A stretch of DNA of 64,000 bases, taken from NCBI GenBank assembly GCA_016201795.1, contig JACQCF010000024.1:2115-66114 (forward strand), in the 5' to 3' direction. Position 1 is the stretch's first letter. Each line of letters begins with the position of its first letter. The translations under genes were made by a program, and so were the position numbers. Positions 8,853 through 18,027 of this stretch are shown here, piece by piece. A model generated the notes under the pieces. It was not told the origin of the DNA and made no database searches. It worked only from the letters and a program-made list of their open reading frames with translations. The stretch is from Candidatus Omnitrophota bacterium (lineage in GTDB: Bacteria; Omnitrophota; Gorgyraeia; Zapsychrales; Fredricksoniimonadaceae).

Positions 8853-10577
8853 ATGATGGTATCTTTCGCAGAACGCCTCAAACGTCTTTTAGCCAATGAC
8901 TTCTTTGCCGCTTTTCTGTTTTTAATTGCCTACCTGTGTACCCATAGTTACATTTACGGTTGGGACGATCAGCACCTGGAAGTGCCACTTCTAAAACACC
9001 TCATTGATCCTTCCCTTTATAAAGGGGATTATTACGTTGAGAGTTTGGCCAGGCATTTTTCCTCTTATCTTTATCCTGTTTTAGCTAAATTTATAACCGT
9101 TGCGCAGGTTCCGGCCGCTTATTTTATTTTGTTTTTAACAGCGCGTTTCTTCATATTTTTTTGGTTGTATAAACTCTGGCAGCTGATTTCCAAAGATAAA
9201 TTTACCTCTGCCTGCGCCATTTTGATGTTTATGGTGCTGGGCCGTACCGAGGAGTTTCTTTACCGTACCTTTTCGCATCAAATCGCGGGGGAGTGCCTGA
9301 TGTTTGCCGGAATTTATTTTTTTTATAAAGAACGCTTCATGCTGGCGGCGCTTATTTTCGGTTTGGGGGCCAATATCCACGGTCTTTACAATTTGTTTCC
9401 CATGCTTTATATGCTGGTCTTTTTGTTGTTTTTTCATCCCCGGCGATGGAGTATGGTTTTAAAGACGGGATTGATTTTTATTATTTCTTGTTTACCGTTC
9501 TTACTCTGGCAGATCCCGAACTCTTGGCATGATAAGTTAATCGGTGCGCCGGTGCCGGTCAGTGAATGGCTTGCGTTGTATCGGAAACAGTGTCCAGAGA
9601 ATTTCTTATTTTGGAACATACCTTGGCCTGAAGCTCTGGGCCATCCGTCTTTCATACTCCAGAGATTGGAGCCCTATCTTTTTTTAATCATGGTGTATGT
9701 TTTTCTTTTAGTTGTTTATCCCCCTTTTCGAGGGGATCGAAAGACTCATGTCGTGGTGATGACAGCATATGCACTCATTGTTATTTCCTGTGTTTTTACC
9801 TATTTGATTCCCAGCCGTTTTGTTTTGGATTTGTGTTTGTTGCGCAATCAACAATTTGTCCGTCTTCTTCTAATGGGCTATGCAACCATTTGGGCTGTCC
9901 AGACGGTTAAGCAAGCCAATCCCCGGCGGGCTTTTGCGGGGGCTTTGTTATTTCTTTTGATAGGATTCGCGGGGTGGAGTTTCTTTGTTATTAAGCTTCA
10001 GAACAACGGGTGGGTCATTATGGCCATGGCGGTGGTGTTCGGTTTTTTAAGTTTGAGACGATGGCCAAGGCTGGAGCTTTATTTACGACGGGCTTTGATT
10101 ATCATTCCTCTTCTTGGCGCCTTTATCTCATTTTGTAAATTTCATTACGATTATCTTCAGGTCAAAAATCATGGGACTGGTTTCTGGCAATTGCAGCGCA
10201 ATTGGGAAGATATGCAGCGCTATGTGCGCGAGCATACCCCCAAGGATGCGATGATTTTAGCTCCGATTAATATGGACATGGGGGGCTTTCGGATTCATAG
10301 CGAACGCAAAGTCGTCGTCTGTATTCGTGATTGCGGGGTTGGCGGTTTTGATTACGGGGCTCTTGTGGAGTGGGATCAACGTATGCGGGACATGAAAGAT
10401 TTTGTCGTTATAACTAATCATTCGGTGGTTCCGGCGGTATTGACGGCGATCCTCAAATATAAGGTGGATTATATTGTGTTTATGAAGTATTATGAGCCTC
10501 CAGGAAATATTTCGGTTTTAAAGAAAATGTACGCCAATGAAGCTTTTTCTTTATTTAAGGTAATGGTGCACCCATGA
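8853..10577 (+). CDS. large polytopic membrane protein with soluble C-terminal domain (GT-C-like candidate)
   Basis: 574-aa ORF. The first ~420 aa are highly hydrophobic. Same architecture as ORF 696..2645. Confidence 0.5.
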   Translation: MMVSFAERLKRLLANDFFAAFLFLIAYLCTHSYIYGWDDQHLEVPLLKHLIDPSLYKGDYYVESLARHFSSYLYPVLAKFITVAQVPAAYFILFLTARFFIFFWLYKLWQLISKDKFTSACAILMFMVLGRTEEFLYRTFSHQIAGECLMFAGIYFFYKERFMLAALIFGLGANIHGLYNLFPMLYMLVFLLFFHPRRWSMVLKTGLIFIISCLPFLLWQIPNSWHDKLIGAPVPVSEWLALYRKQCPENFLFWNIPWPEALGHPSFILQRLEPYLFLIMVYVFLLVVYPPFRGDRKTHVVVMTAYALIVISCVFTYLIPSRFVLDLCLLRNQQFVRLLLMGYATIWAVQTVKQANPRRAFAGALLFLLIGFAGWSFFVIKLQNNGWVIMAMAVVFGFLSLRRWPRLELYLRRALIIIPLLGAFISFCKFHYDYLQVKNHGTGFWQLQRNWEDMQRYVREHTPKDAMILAPINMDMGGFRIHSERKVVVCIRDCGVGGFDYGALVEWDQRMRDMKDFVVITNHSVVPAVLTAILKYKVDYIVFMKYYEPPGNISVLKKMYANEAFSLFKVMVHP

Positions 10578-11575
10578 TCAAAATTAAAACCATTTCTATT
10601 ATCGGCGACGGCGGCTGGGGAACAACGCTGGCTATTCATTTGGCCAAGAAAAAGTATCCTGTCCTTCTCTGGGGAGCTTTCCCTGATTATATAGCCCAGG
10701 TGGCCAAAGCCCACGAGAATAAAAAATTCCTCCCTGGTTATCGTATTCCCTTATCCGTCGCCTTAACCGCTGATATTCATCGCGCTCTTCAAGGGGGGGA
10801 TTTGATTGTTTTAGCCTGTCCGTCACAATATTTAATGAACGTGCTTGGTAAGATCAAAACCACCCCCTATCAAGGCAAAGTTTTTCTAAGTGTGATTAAA
10901 GGTATTCATCCGGTTTCCTTCAAGCGCATGTCGCAGATTATTAGAGAAGAGTTAGGTGCTGTTGATTTGGCGGTGCTATCCGGACCTACGATTGCCGGGG
11001 AGGTGGCGGCAGGACTGGCCACCACCGCGGTCGTAGCCTGCCTTCAGAGCTCTTTGGCTGGCCAAATTCAAAAAATTTTTCACACCTCGTCTTTTCGTAT
11101 TTACACCAACAATGATGTTATCGGTACAGAAATCGGCGGCAGCATCAAAAATGTGATTGCCATTGCCTGCGGTGTTTGCGACGGATTAGGATTAGGGAGC
11201 AATGCCAAGGCGGCTTTATTAACCCGAGGTTTGGCGGAAATCACACGGTTAGGCATAGCCTTAGGCGGTAAGAAAGAAACTTTTTATGGATTGACCGGAT
11301 TGGGGGATTTGGTGACCACCTGCATCAGCCCTCAAAGCCGTAACCGCAGCGTGGGGGAGGCTTTAGGCAAGGGGCGTAAAATTAAAAGTATTTTGGGTCC
11401 TATGTCAATGGTCGCTGAAGGAATAGTCACTTCCAAGGCGGTTTATCGTCTAAGTCGCAAAATGCGTATTCCCATGCCTATTGGGGAACAGGTCTATAAG
11501 ATTATTTTTGAAGGCAAGAATCCCCGTAAAGCCATGGCGGATTTAATGACCCGCCAGCCCCGTACAGAGGCCTGA
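10574..11575 (+). CDS. gpsA: NAD(P)H-dependent glycerol-3-phosphate dehydrogenase
   Basis: ISIIGDGGWGTTLAIHLA N-terminus plus GSIKNVIAIA-type motifs. Confidence 0.9.
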   Translation: MIKIKTISIIGDGGWGTTLAIHLAKKKYPVLLWGAFPDYIAQVAKAHENKKFLPGYRIPLSVALTADIHRALQGGDLIVLACPSQYLMNVLGKIKTTPYQGKVFLSVIKGIHPVSFKRMSQIIREELGAVDLAVLSGPTIAGEVAAGLATTAVVACLQSSLAGQIQKIFHTSSFRIYTNNDVIGTEIGGSIKNVIAIACGVCDGLGLGSNAKAALLTRGLAEITRLGIALGGKKETFYGLTGLGDLVTTCISPQSRNRSVGEALGKGRKIKSILGPMSMVAEGIVTSKAVYRLSRKMRIPMPIGEQVYKIIFEGKNPRKAMADLMTRQPRTEA

Positions 11576-11595
11576 GGCCTTCTACCCGAAAAAAT

Positions 11596-11623
11596 TTGAC
11601 AATTGCTCGAAAAATGTTATATT
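11596..11623 (+). promoter_or_regulatory. sigma70-type promoter for rplM-rpsI
   Basis: TTGACA, 16-nt spacer, TATATT, about 70 nt upstream of rplM. Confidence 0.5.
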
Positions 11624-11691
11624 TTAACACCTGCTTGTCGGCAGACAGGGTAGGCAGGTTCTTTAAAAATGCTTAAGTAAGGCAGTTAGCG

Positions 11692-12120
11692 ATGAAAACG
11701 TATTTACCTAAAGTTAATGAAATCCAACAGAAGTGTTATCTTATCGATGCCAAAGATAAGATTTTAGGCCGCGTGGCAGCTCGTGCTGCTTCTATTTTGC
11801 GTGGCAAGCATAAACGTATTTATACGCCGTTTTTTGATTGTGGCGATACGGTGGTGATCATCAATGCTGATAAGGTGCGTGTGACCGGCAAAAAGTTAAC
11901 CGATAAAATTTATAGCCGCTATACGGGTTATCCAGGTGGCCGCAGGCAAGTGACTTTAGGCAATATGCTGGCCAAACGTCCGGCTGCGGTATTGGAGTTG
12001 GCGGTTAGCCGTATGATTCCCAGCGGCCCGTTAGGTTATAAACAAAAAGGAAAATTAAGGGTTTACGCGGGCGATAAACATCCGCACGCCGCCCAGAAGC
12101 CAATAGTATTGGAAATCTAG
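11692..12120 (+). CDS. rplM: 50S ribosomal protein L13
   Basis: Canonical L13 sequence. Confidence 0.95.
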   Translation: MKTYLPKVNEIQQKCYLIDAKDKILGRVAARAASILRGKHKRIYTPFFDCGDTVVIINADKVRVTGKKLTDKIYSRYTGYPGGRRQVTLGNMLAKRPAAVLELAVSRMIPSGPLGYKQKGKLRVYAGDKHPHAAQKPIVLEI

Positions 12121-12169
12121 CGTAGGGGCTTGATTAATCAAGCCCGTACAACTAAGGAGAAATATTCAA

Positions 12170-12565
12170 ATGGTTGAGGTCGTCAAGTACGCAGGTACAG
12201 GTCGTCGTAAAAGTTCCGTGGCCCGGGTGGTGTTAACCCCGGGAGAGGGGAGTATTTTTGTCAATCAGCGTGATTTCGCGAATTATTTTCCTCGGGAAAC
12301 GGACCGGCTTTCCATTTTAACTCCTTTAAAATTAGTGAATTTAGAAAAGAAATTTGATATTGCTGTTCGTGTAACCGGCGGCGGATCCACCGGTCAGGCG
12401 GGGGCTTTTAAATTGGGTCTTTCACGGGCGCTGCTCTCCTGCGATCCTCAGACAAGAGCTGTGCTGAAAAAAGCCGGCTGCTTAACTAGAGACAGCAGAA
12501 TGAAAGAAAGAAAGAAGCCGGGTCAGAAGGGAGCGCGCCGTAAGTTTCAATGGGTTAAACGTTAA
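12170..12565 (+). CDS. rpsI: 30S ribosomal protein S9
   Basis: GGGSTGQAGA and C-terminal KKPGQKGARRKFQWVKR. Confidence 0.95.
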   Translation: MVEVVKYAGTGRRKSSVARVVLTPGEGSIFVNQRDFANYFPRETDRLSILTPLKLVNLEKKFDIAVRVTGGGSTGQAGAFKLGLSRALLSCDPQTRAVLKKAGCLTRDSRMKERKKPGQKGARRKFQWVKR

Positions 12566-12653
12566 TGAGGCCACAACTTATGGAACATAAGTTGTAAGGC
12601 CGAATTAATCCCGACCGAAGCGTCAGGATCCAAATAAACATAAATATAATTAC

Positions 12654-12697
12654 AGCCTATCTCCCTTCACAAATGCGTTGACGAGATAGGCTTTTTT
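12654..12697 (+). terminator. hairpin plus T-run after rpsI
   Basis: agcctatctc / gagataggct stem followed by ttttt. Confidence 0.45.
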
Positions 12698-12706
12698 ATT
12701 TATAGT
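12678..12706 (+). promoter_or_regulatory. candidate sigma70 promoter of the arg operon
   Basis: TTGACG, 17 nt, TATAGT, partly embedded in the upstream terminator. Confidence 0.4.
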
Positions 12707-12733
12707 ACTTACTTCCGACGGAGAATATATTAT

Positions 12734-13765
12734 ATGAAAACAGATATGATGCGATGCGCCATTGTTGGCTTAAGTGGTTATACGGGAAAAGAAGTTTTTT
12801 CTCTTTTGCTTAATCATCCTCAGGTGCGGGTAAGTTATGTGGCAGCCCAAAACACCACGGGGCCGGTCTCTGGGATTTGGCCGGAGTTTCTCAACCGTAC
12901 AAGCCTCGTTTGCCAAAAATTTAGCGTCAAAGAAACAGTTAAACACTCTGACATTGTCTTTTTAGCCTTGCCCCATACCGAATCCATGAAGATCGCGGGG
13001 GCTTTGCTCAAAAACGGCCTTAAGGTGATTGATTTAAGCGCGGATTACCGGCTTAAAAACACCCAGACCTATGAGAGTTGGTACGGCCATAAACATGTGG
13101 ATGCTAAAAATATTCATAAGGCGGTTTATGGTTTACCAGAGCTTTATCGGCAAAAGATTAAGAAGGCTGGTTTTATTGCCAATCCTGGCTGCTATCCAAC
13201 GGCCGCGATTTTGGGGCTGGCGCCTCTGGTGGCCACACGTTCAAAGTCCATTGCCTCTATTATTGTAGATGCCAAGTCGGGGGTTTCCGGGGCAGGGCGA
13301 AAAGCGTCGGTGAACCTTCTTTTTAGCGAGGTAGCTGACAATTTCATGGCCTACAAGGTTTTAAGCCATCAGCATACGCCTGAAATTGACCAATGCCTTT
13401 CGCAATTGGCCGGCCATGGTGTATCGGTACATTTTGTGGCGCATTTGTTGCCGATGGATCGGGGTATTTTAGAGACCATGTATGTGCAGCTTAAAGGTCC
13501 GCTCACGCTTAAGCAAGTGCACACACTGTATACGAAATTTTATAAAATTGAACCCTTTGTGCGCGTGCATCCGATGGGGGCGCAGCCGGAAGTTAAGAAT
13601 GTGGCTCACACCAATTTTTGCGATATTGGTTTAGCCCTCAGCAACGATCAGAAGATGGTGGTTATTACCAGCGTCCTTGATAATTTGGTTAAAGGGGCGG
13701 CAGGACAGGCGATACAGAATATGAACATCATGTGCGGATTTCATGAGATTGAGGGCTTGTTATGA
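12734..13765 (+). CDS. argC: N-acetyl-gamma-glutamyl-phosphate reductase
   Basis: CAIVGLSGYTGKE N-terminus and catalytic-Cys region. Confidence 0.9.
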   Translation: MKTDMMRCAIVGLSGYTGKEVFSLLLNHPQVRVSYVAAQNTTGPVSGIWPEFLNRTSLVCQKFSVKETVKHSDIVFLALPHTESMKIAGALLKNGLKVIDLSADYRLKNTQTYESWYGHKHVDAKNIHKAVYGLPELYRQKIKKAGFIANPGCYPTAAILGLAPLVATRSKSIASIIVDAKSGVSGAGRKASVNLLFSEVADNFMAYKVLSHQHTPEIDQCLSQLAGHGVSVHFVAHLLPMDRGILETMYVQLKGPLTLKQVHTLYTKFYKIEPFVRVHPMGAQPEVKNVAHTNFCDIGLALSNDQKMVVITSVLDNLVKGAAGQAIQNMNIMCGFHEIEGLL

Positions 13766-14904
13766 AGGTGATTAAAGGAGGGGTCACAACGCCTCAAGGG
13801 TTTAAGGCCAACGGCCTATCCGCAGGAATTAAACGTTCCGGTAAACCTGATTTAGGGTTGATTTTTTCACCAGTCCCTGCTGTCACTGCCGGTGTTTTTA
13901 CGAAAAATTCCATTAAAGCCGCGCCGCTCATTGTCAGCATGAAGCATATCCAAAAAGGTATTGGCCAGGCGGTGCTGGTCAATAGCGGTAATGCCAACTG
14001 CTATACCGGTGAATTTGGTTTGAAATATGCGCAAGGATCAACGCAGTTGGTTGCCAAGTTTTTAAATATTAAGCCGACGGATGTCATGGTGACCTCAACG
14101 GGTATTATCGGCAAACAATTACCATACAATAAAATTGTTCACGCAGTACCGAATTTAGTGAAGGGTTTATCAGCCAAGGGCGGCGGAAAATTCGCGCGGG
14201 CGATTATGACGACGGATTTAAAACTTAAAGAAATAGCGGTTCGTTTCATCTTAGGGGGCAAGACAGTGACTATCGGTGCCTGTGCCAAAGGCTCGGGCAT
14301 GATTGAGCCAAATATGGCCACCATGCTTGCCTTTATCACCACCGACGCGGCGATTTCTTTGAAAATGTTAAAGCTGGCCTTAAAGCGCGCCACAGATCAG
14401 TCGTTTAATAGTATTACCGTTGACGGCTGTATGAGCACCAATGATATGGTTACTATTCAGGCCAATGCTTTAGCCGGTCATAAGAAGATTGTTCACAGCG
14501 GTGCGGATTTTGGGAAGTTTTATAAGGCTTTGGAGTTGGTGTGCGTTGATCTGGCCAAGAAGATTGTGCTCGACGGAGAAGGGGCCACCAAGTTTATCAC
14601 CATCAATGTTTCAGGCGCTGCCAGTCAGACTCAGGCGAAGAAAATCGCTAAGACCATTGCCAACTCGGCGTTAGTGAAAACTGCGGCATTCGGCAGCAAC
14701 CCCAATTGGGGGCGGGTGGGTGCGGCGGTCGGTTCTTTGGGAATTCATAAGATCACCGAGAAGGATATGAAGATTTCTTTCAGCTCTTTCGATAAGAAAG
14801 ATATTGCGATTAACGTTGAACTTAATTTGGGCAAGGCTAAAGCAACGGTTTATACTTGTGATCTTTCATATGAATACGTAAAAATTAATGGAGAATATAA
14901 TTAA
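13762..14904 (+). CDS. argJ: bifunctional ornithine acetyltransferase/N-acetylglutamate synthase
   Basis: ATMLAFITTDA autocleavage motif. Confidence 0.9.
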   Translation: MKVIKGGVTTPQGFKANGLSAGIKRSGKPDLGLIFSPVPAVTAGVFTKNSIKAAPLIVSMKHIQKGIGQAVLVNSGNANCYTGEFGLKYAQGSTQLVAKFLNIKPTDVMVTSTGIIGKQLPYNKIVHAVPNLVKGLSAKGGGKFARAIMTTDLKLKEIAVRFILGGKTVTIGACAKGSGMIEPNMATMLAFITTDAAISLKMLKLALKRATDQSFNSITVDGCMSTNDMVTIQANALAGHKKIVHSGADFGKFYKALELVCVDLAKKIVLDGEGATKFITINVSGAASQTQAKKIAKTIANSALVKTAAFGSNPNWGRVGAAVGSLGIHKITEKDMKISFSSFDKKDIAINVELNLGKAKATVYTCDLSYEYVKINGEYN

Positions 14905-15758
14905 TGGATCAGATTATTAAAAAAGCGTCAGTGCTGATTGAGGCGATTCCGTACATTCACGCGTTTCGTCGCAAGATTTTTGTCATCAAATACGGCGGCA
15001 GCATTTTGGATGATCCCAAAATTCGCCACAATGTTTTGCAGGACATTGTGTTTTTAAGTTATGTGGGTATTCGCATCATTATTGTCCACGGTGGCGGCCC
15101 GCATATTTCCGCGCGTATGAAAGAACAGGGTTTAAAGTCGGAATTCGTCAACGGCATCCGTGTCACCGACAAAGCCACTTTACAAATTGTGGGAGAAGAA
15201 TTAGAAAAACTCAATGCGCAGATTGTGAAGGAAATCAAAGCCTTCAAAGGTGATGTCACCGGTCTTAAGGGTCAGGAGAATATTATTTTTGTTAAGAAAA
15301 AGAAAGCGGAGAAAGATTTAGGGTTTGTGGGCACCATTACCTCCGTCAATAAAGAGCATTTGGAATCGCATTTAGCCCAAGGGTGTATTACGGTGGTCTC
15401 GCCGATGGGTATGGCGGTTGAGAAGCAGCCGCATAATGTCAATGCGGATGAAGTAGCCGCTGCCATTGCCAATTCCATGAAAGCGGAGAAACTGGTGCTT
15501 TTAACTGATGTGCCAGGGGTCATGCGTGATTTGAAAGACATGAGTACATTGTTTTCAACCTTAACGTTGGCTGAGGTGGATGAGCTGATTAAAAGCGGGC
15601 TGATTGTCGGTGGCATGATTCCTAAAGTGACTTCCTGTGTGGAAGCGTTGCAAGGCGGCGGAGTGCATAAGACCCACATCGTCGATGCCCGTATGCCGCA
15701 TGCGTTATTATTGGAGTTCTTTACCGATCAAGGGGTGGGAACACAAATAATAAAATAA
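14904..15758 (+). CDS. argB: acetylglutamate kinase
   Basis: FVIKYGGS and VHGGGP motifs. Confidence 0.9.
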   Translation: MDQIIKKASVLIEAIPYIHAFRRKIFVIKYGGSILDDPKIRHNVLQDIVFLSYVGIRIIIVHGGGPHISARMKEQGLKSEFVNGIRVTDKATLQIVGEELEKLNAQIVKEIKAFKGDVTGLKGQENIIFVKKKKAEKDLGFVGTITSVNKEHLESHLAQGCITVVSPMGMAVEKQPHNVNADEVAAAIANSMKAEKLVLLTDVPGVMRDLKDMSTLFSTLTLAEVDELIKSGLIVGGMIPKVTSCVEALQGGGVHKTHIVDARMPHALLLEFFTDQGVGTQIIK

Positions 15759-15761
15759 AGG

Positions 15762-15836
15762 GTGTCTTTGCGAGGAGCGAAGCGACGAAGCAATCCTTTA
15801 AAAGATTGCTTCGCAAAAAACGCTCGCAATGACACA
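15762..15836. repeat. ~70-bp palindromic MITE/REP-like repeat, copy A
   Basis: gtgtctttgcgagg...gaagcaatcctttaaaagattgcttcg...cgctcgcaatgacac. The termini gtgtc.ttgcga / tcgcaatgacac are inverted repeats. Near-identical to copy B at 26064..26133. Confidence 0.6.
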
Positions 15837-15841
15837 AACAT

Positions 15842-17047
15842 ATGACACAAGAAGAAATTTTTGACACATATAACGACGGCATTTTAAATACCTACGCCCG
15901 TCTACCGGCGATCTTCGTCAAAGGTAAGGGGTCTGTGTTGACGGATATCCATGGTAAAAAATATTTGGACTTTTTCCCCGGCTGGGGGGTGAGCAATTTA
16001 GGCCATTGTCATCCTAAGGTCATGGGCGCGGTACGGGATCAGATTGGTAAATTGATCCATATACCTAATAATTTGTATCACCCCTTTCAGGCAAAGTTAG
16101 CTAAGGCATTGATGAGGATTTCTTTTGGTGGCAAGATTTTCTTTTGCAACAGCGGGGCTGAGGCTATTGAAGCGGCGATTAAATTCACTCGCGCCTACGG
16201 GCAAGGTCAAAAATTTGAGATTATTACGACGATCAATTCTTTCCATGGACGGACTTCGGGGGCTTTGGCGGCCACCGGCCAAGCGAAACATCAAAAAGGT
16301 TTTGCTCCGTTTCTACCAGGATTTAAGACGGTAGCTTTTAATGATATGGGGGCTCTGAAGGCGGCCATGACCGACAAAACCGTGGCCATTATGCTCGAGC
16401 TTGTGCAGGGCGAGGGTGGCATTAACGTGGCCTCAAAAGAATATGTACAGACCATCCGCCAGATTTGCGATGAGAAGAAAATTCTTTTAATCCTTGATGA
16501 AGTCCAGACCGGCATGGCGCGCACCGGCGAAATTTTTGGCTACAAGCATTACGGCATTACGCCGGATGTCATGTGTTTGGCTAAAGCTTTAGGTGGCGGC
16601 TTGCCTATCGGCGCTATGATCGTCAAAAAAGAATTGGCCGATGTATTTAAGCCCGGCATGCACGGTTCAACGTTTGCGGGCAGCCCTTTGGTTTGCAAAG
16701 CGGCGTTAGGTGTTATTAAAGCCATTTACGCCGAGAAGATTTTGGCCAATGTCAAGAAAATGGGGCCGTATTTGGTGGGTAAACTCGAGGATCTGAAAGC
16801 CAAATATCCCATCATCAAAGAAGTACGGGGGCTTGGGCTGATGATTGGCGTTGAGTTGACTATTAATGGGGAGGATATATTCAAGGAGTGTTTTAATCGC
16901 GGCTTAATTATCAACTGCACGCAGGATAATGTGCTTCGGATTATGCCGGCCTTAAACGTCACCCGTCGACAAATTAATAAGGCCATTTATATTTTGGATG
17001 AAGCCATGGCTGCCGTGGTAGGACAAGAAAATAAGGTAAGTGTATGA
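15842..17047 (+). CDS. argD: acetylornithine aminotransferase
   Basis: Class III aminotransferase, standard ArgD motifs. Confidence 0.9.
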   Translation: MTQEEIFDTYNDGILNTYARLPAIFVKGKGSVLTDIHGKKYLDFFPGWGVSNLGHCHPKVMGAVRDQIGKLIHIPNNLYHPFQAKLAKALMRISFGGKIFFCNSGAEAIEAAIKFTRAYGQGQKFEIITTINSFHGRTSGALAATGQAKHQKGFAPFLPGFKTVAFNDMGALKAAMTDKTVAIMLELVQGEGGINVASKEYVQTIRQICDEKKILLILDEVQTGMARTGEIFGYKHYGITPDVMCLAKALGGGLPIGAMIVKKELADVFKPGMHGSTFAGSPLVCKAALGVIKAIYAEKILANVKKMGPYLVGKLEDLKAKYPIIKEVRGLGLMIGVELTINGEDIFKECFNRGLIINCTQDNVLRIMPALNVTRRQINKAIYILDEAMAAVVGQENKVSV

Positions 17048-17967
17048 AACGCGATTTAATTACCCTGTTGGATTATTCAAGCGTTGAAGTCTTAAGCCTG
17101 ATTGATTCGGCAGATAAACTTAAAAAACAAAAAGATAAACTGCGTACGGATTTAAAAGGCAAGAGCGTGGCGTTGGTTTTTCAAAAGCCTTCGAACCGCA
17201 CCCGCGTGTCTTTTGAAGTCGGTATTCATCAACTGGGAGGCCATTGCCTTTACTTGGGTCCGGATGAAATTAATTTAGGCAAACGGGAAAGCACGCACGA
17301 TGTAGCTAAAACTTTGTCCCGTTATGTGCAGTGCATCGTAGCCCGGGTGTTTGACAATAAAGATATTGTCGAGTTAGCCCGGCATGCGGATGTGCCGGTG
17401 ATTAATGCTCTTTGTGATTTGTATCACCCTTGCCAGGCGCTGGCGGATATTCAAACTATTCGCGAGCAGTTTGGCAAGTTTAAGGGCTTGACTTTGGCGT
17501 ATGTGGGCGACGGCAACAATGTATTTCATTCGCTGATGGTTGCCTGCGTCAAGGTGGGGATTAACGTACGTTTTGCCGGGCCTCAAGGGTATGACCCTAA
17601 TCCTGTGATTGTCAAACGTGCGCAAGAAGTGGCAAAAGCTAATCAATGTGTGATTGAGCCGGGGCGGGATTCCAAGGAAGCGGTGAAGGGCGCGCATGTG
17701 ATTTATTCCGACGTGTGGGTGAGTATGGGCCAGGAAAAAGAAACAGCTAAGCGTATTAAAGACTTTGAGGGTTATCAAATCAACGGTGATTTAGTAAAGC
17801 TTGCGCATAAGGATTATATTTTTATGCATTGTTTGCCCGCGCATCGAGATTTGGAAGTCACGGCGGATGTCATCGACGGTAAACATTCGGTGATTTTTGA
17901 CCAGGCGGAAAATCGTCTGCACGTACAGAAGTCAGTGTTGTTATATTTATTGAAAGGCCGTTCCTGA
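17044..17967 (+). CDS. argF: ornithine carbamoyltransferase
   Basis: STRTR and HCLP motifs. Confidence 0.9.
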   Translation: MKRDLITLLDYSSVEVLSLIDSADKLKKQKDKLRTDLKGKSVALVFQKPSNRTRVSFEVGIHQLGGHCLYLGPDEINLGKRESTHDVAKTLSRYVQCIVARVFDNKDIVELARHADVPVINALCDLYHPCQALADIQTIREQFGKFKGLTLAYVGDGNNVFHSLMVACVKVGINVRFAGPQGYDPNPVIVKRAQEVAKANQCVIEPGRDSKEAVKGAHVIYSDVWVSMGQEKETAKRIKDFEGYQINGDLVKLAHKDYIFMHCLPAHRDLEVTADVIDGKHSVIFDQAENRLHVQKSVLLYLLKGRS

Positions 17968-18027
17968 TGGGACGAGCCTCGTTATTCCTTCTTAAAGGGA
18001 ATAAGGAAAAATGACGGGAAAGGCAAA

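Noticed and set aside
8678-8896. 72-aa minus-strand ORF
   Set aside because: Lies antisense across the tRNA-Gly copies. Its composition (Arg-rich, low complexity) is typical of an anti-tRNA artefact.
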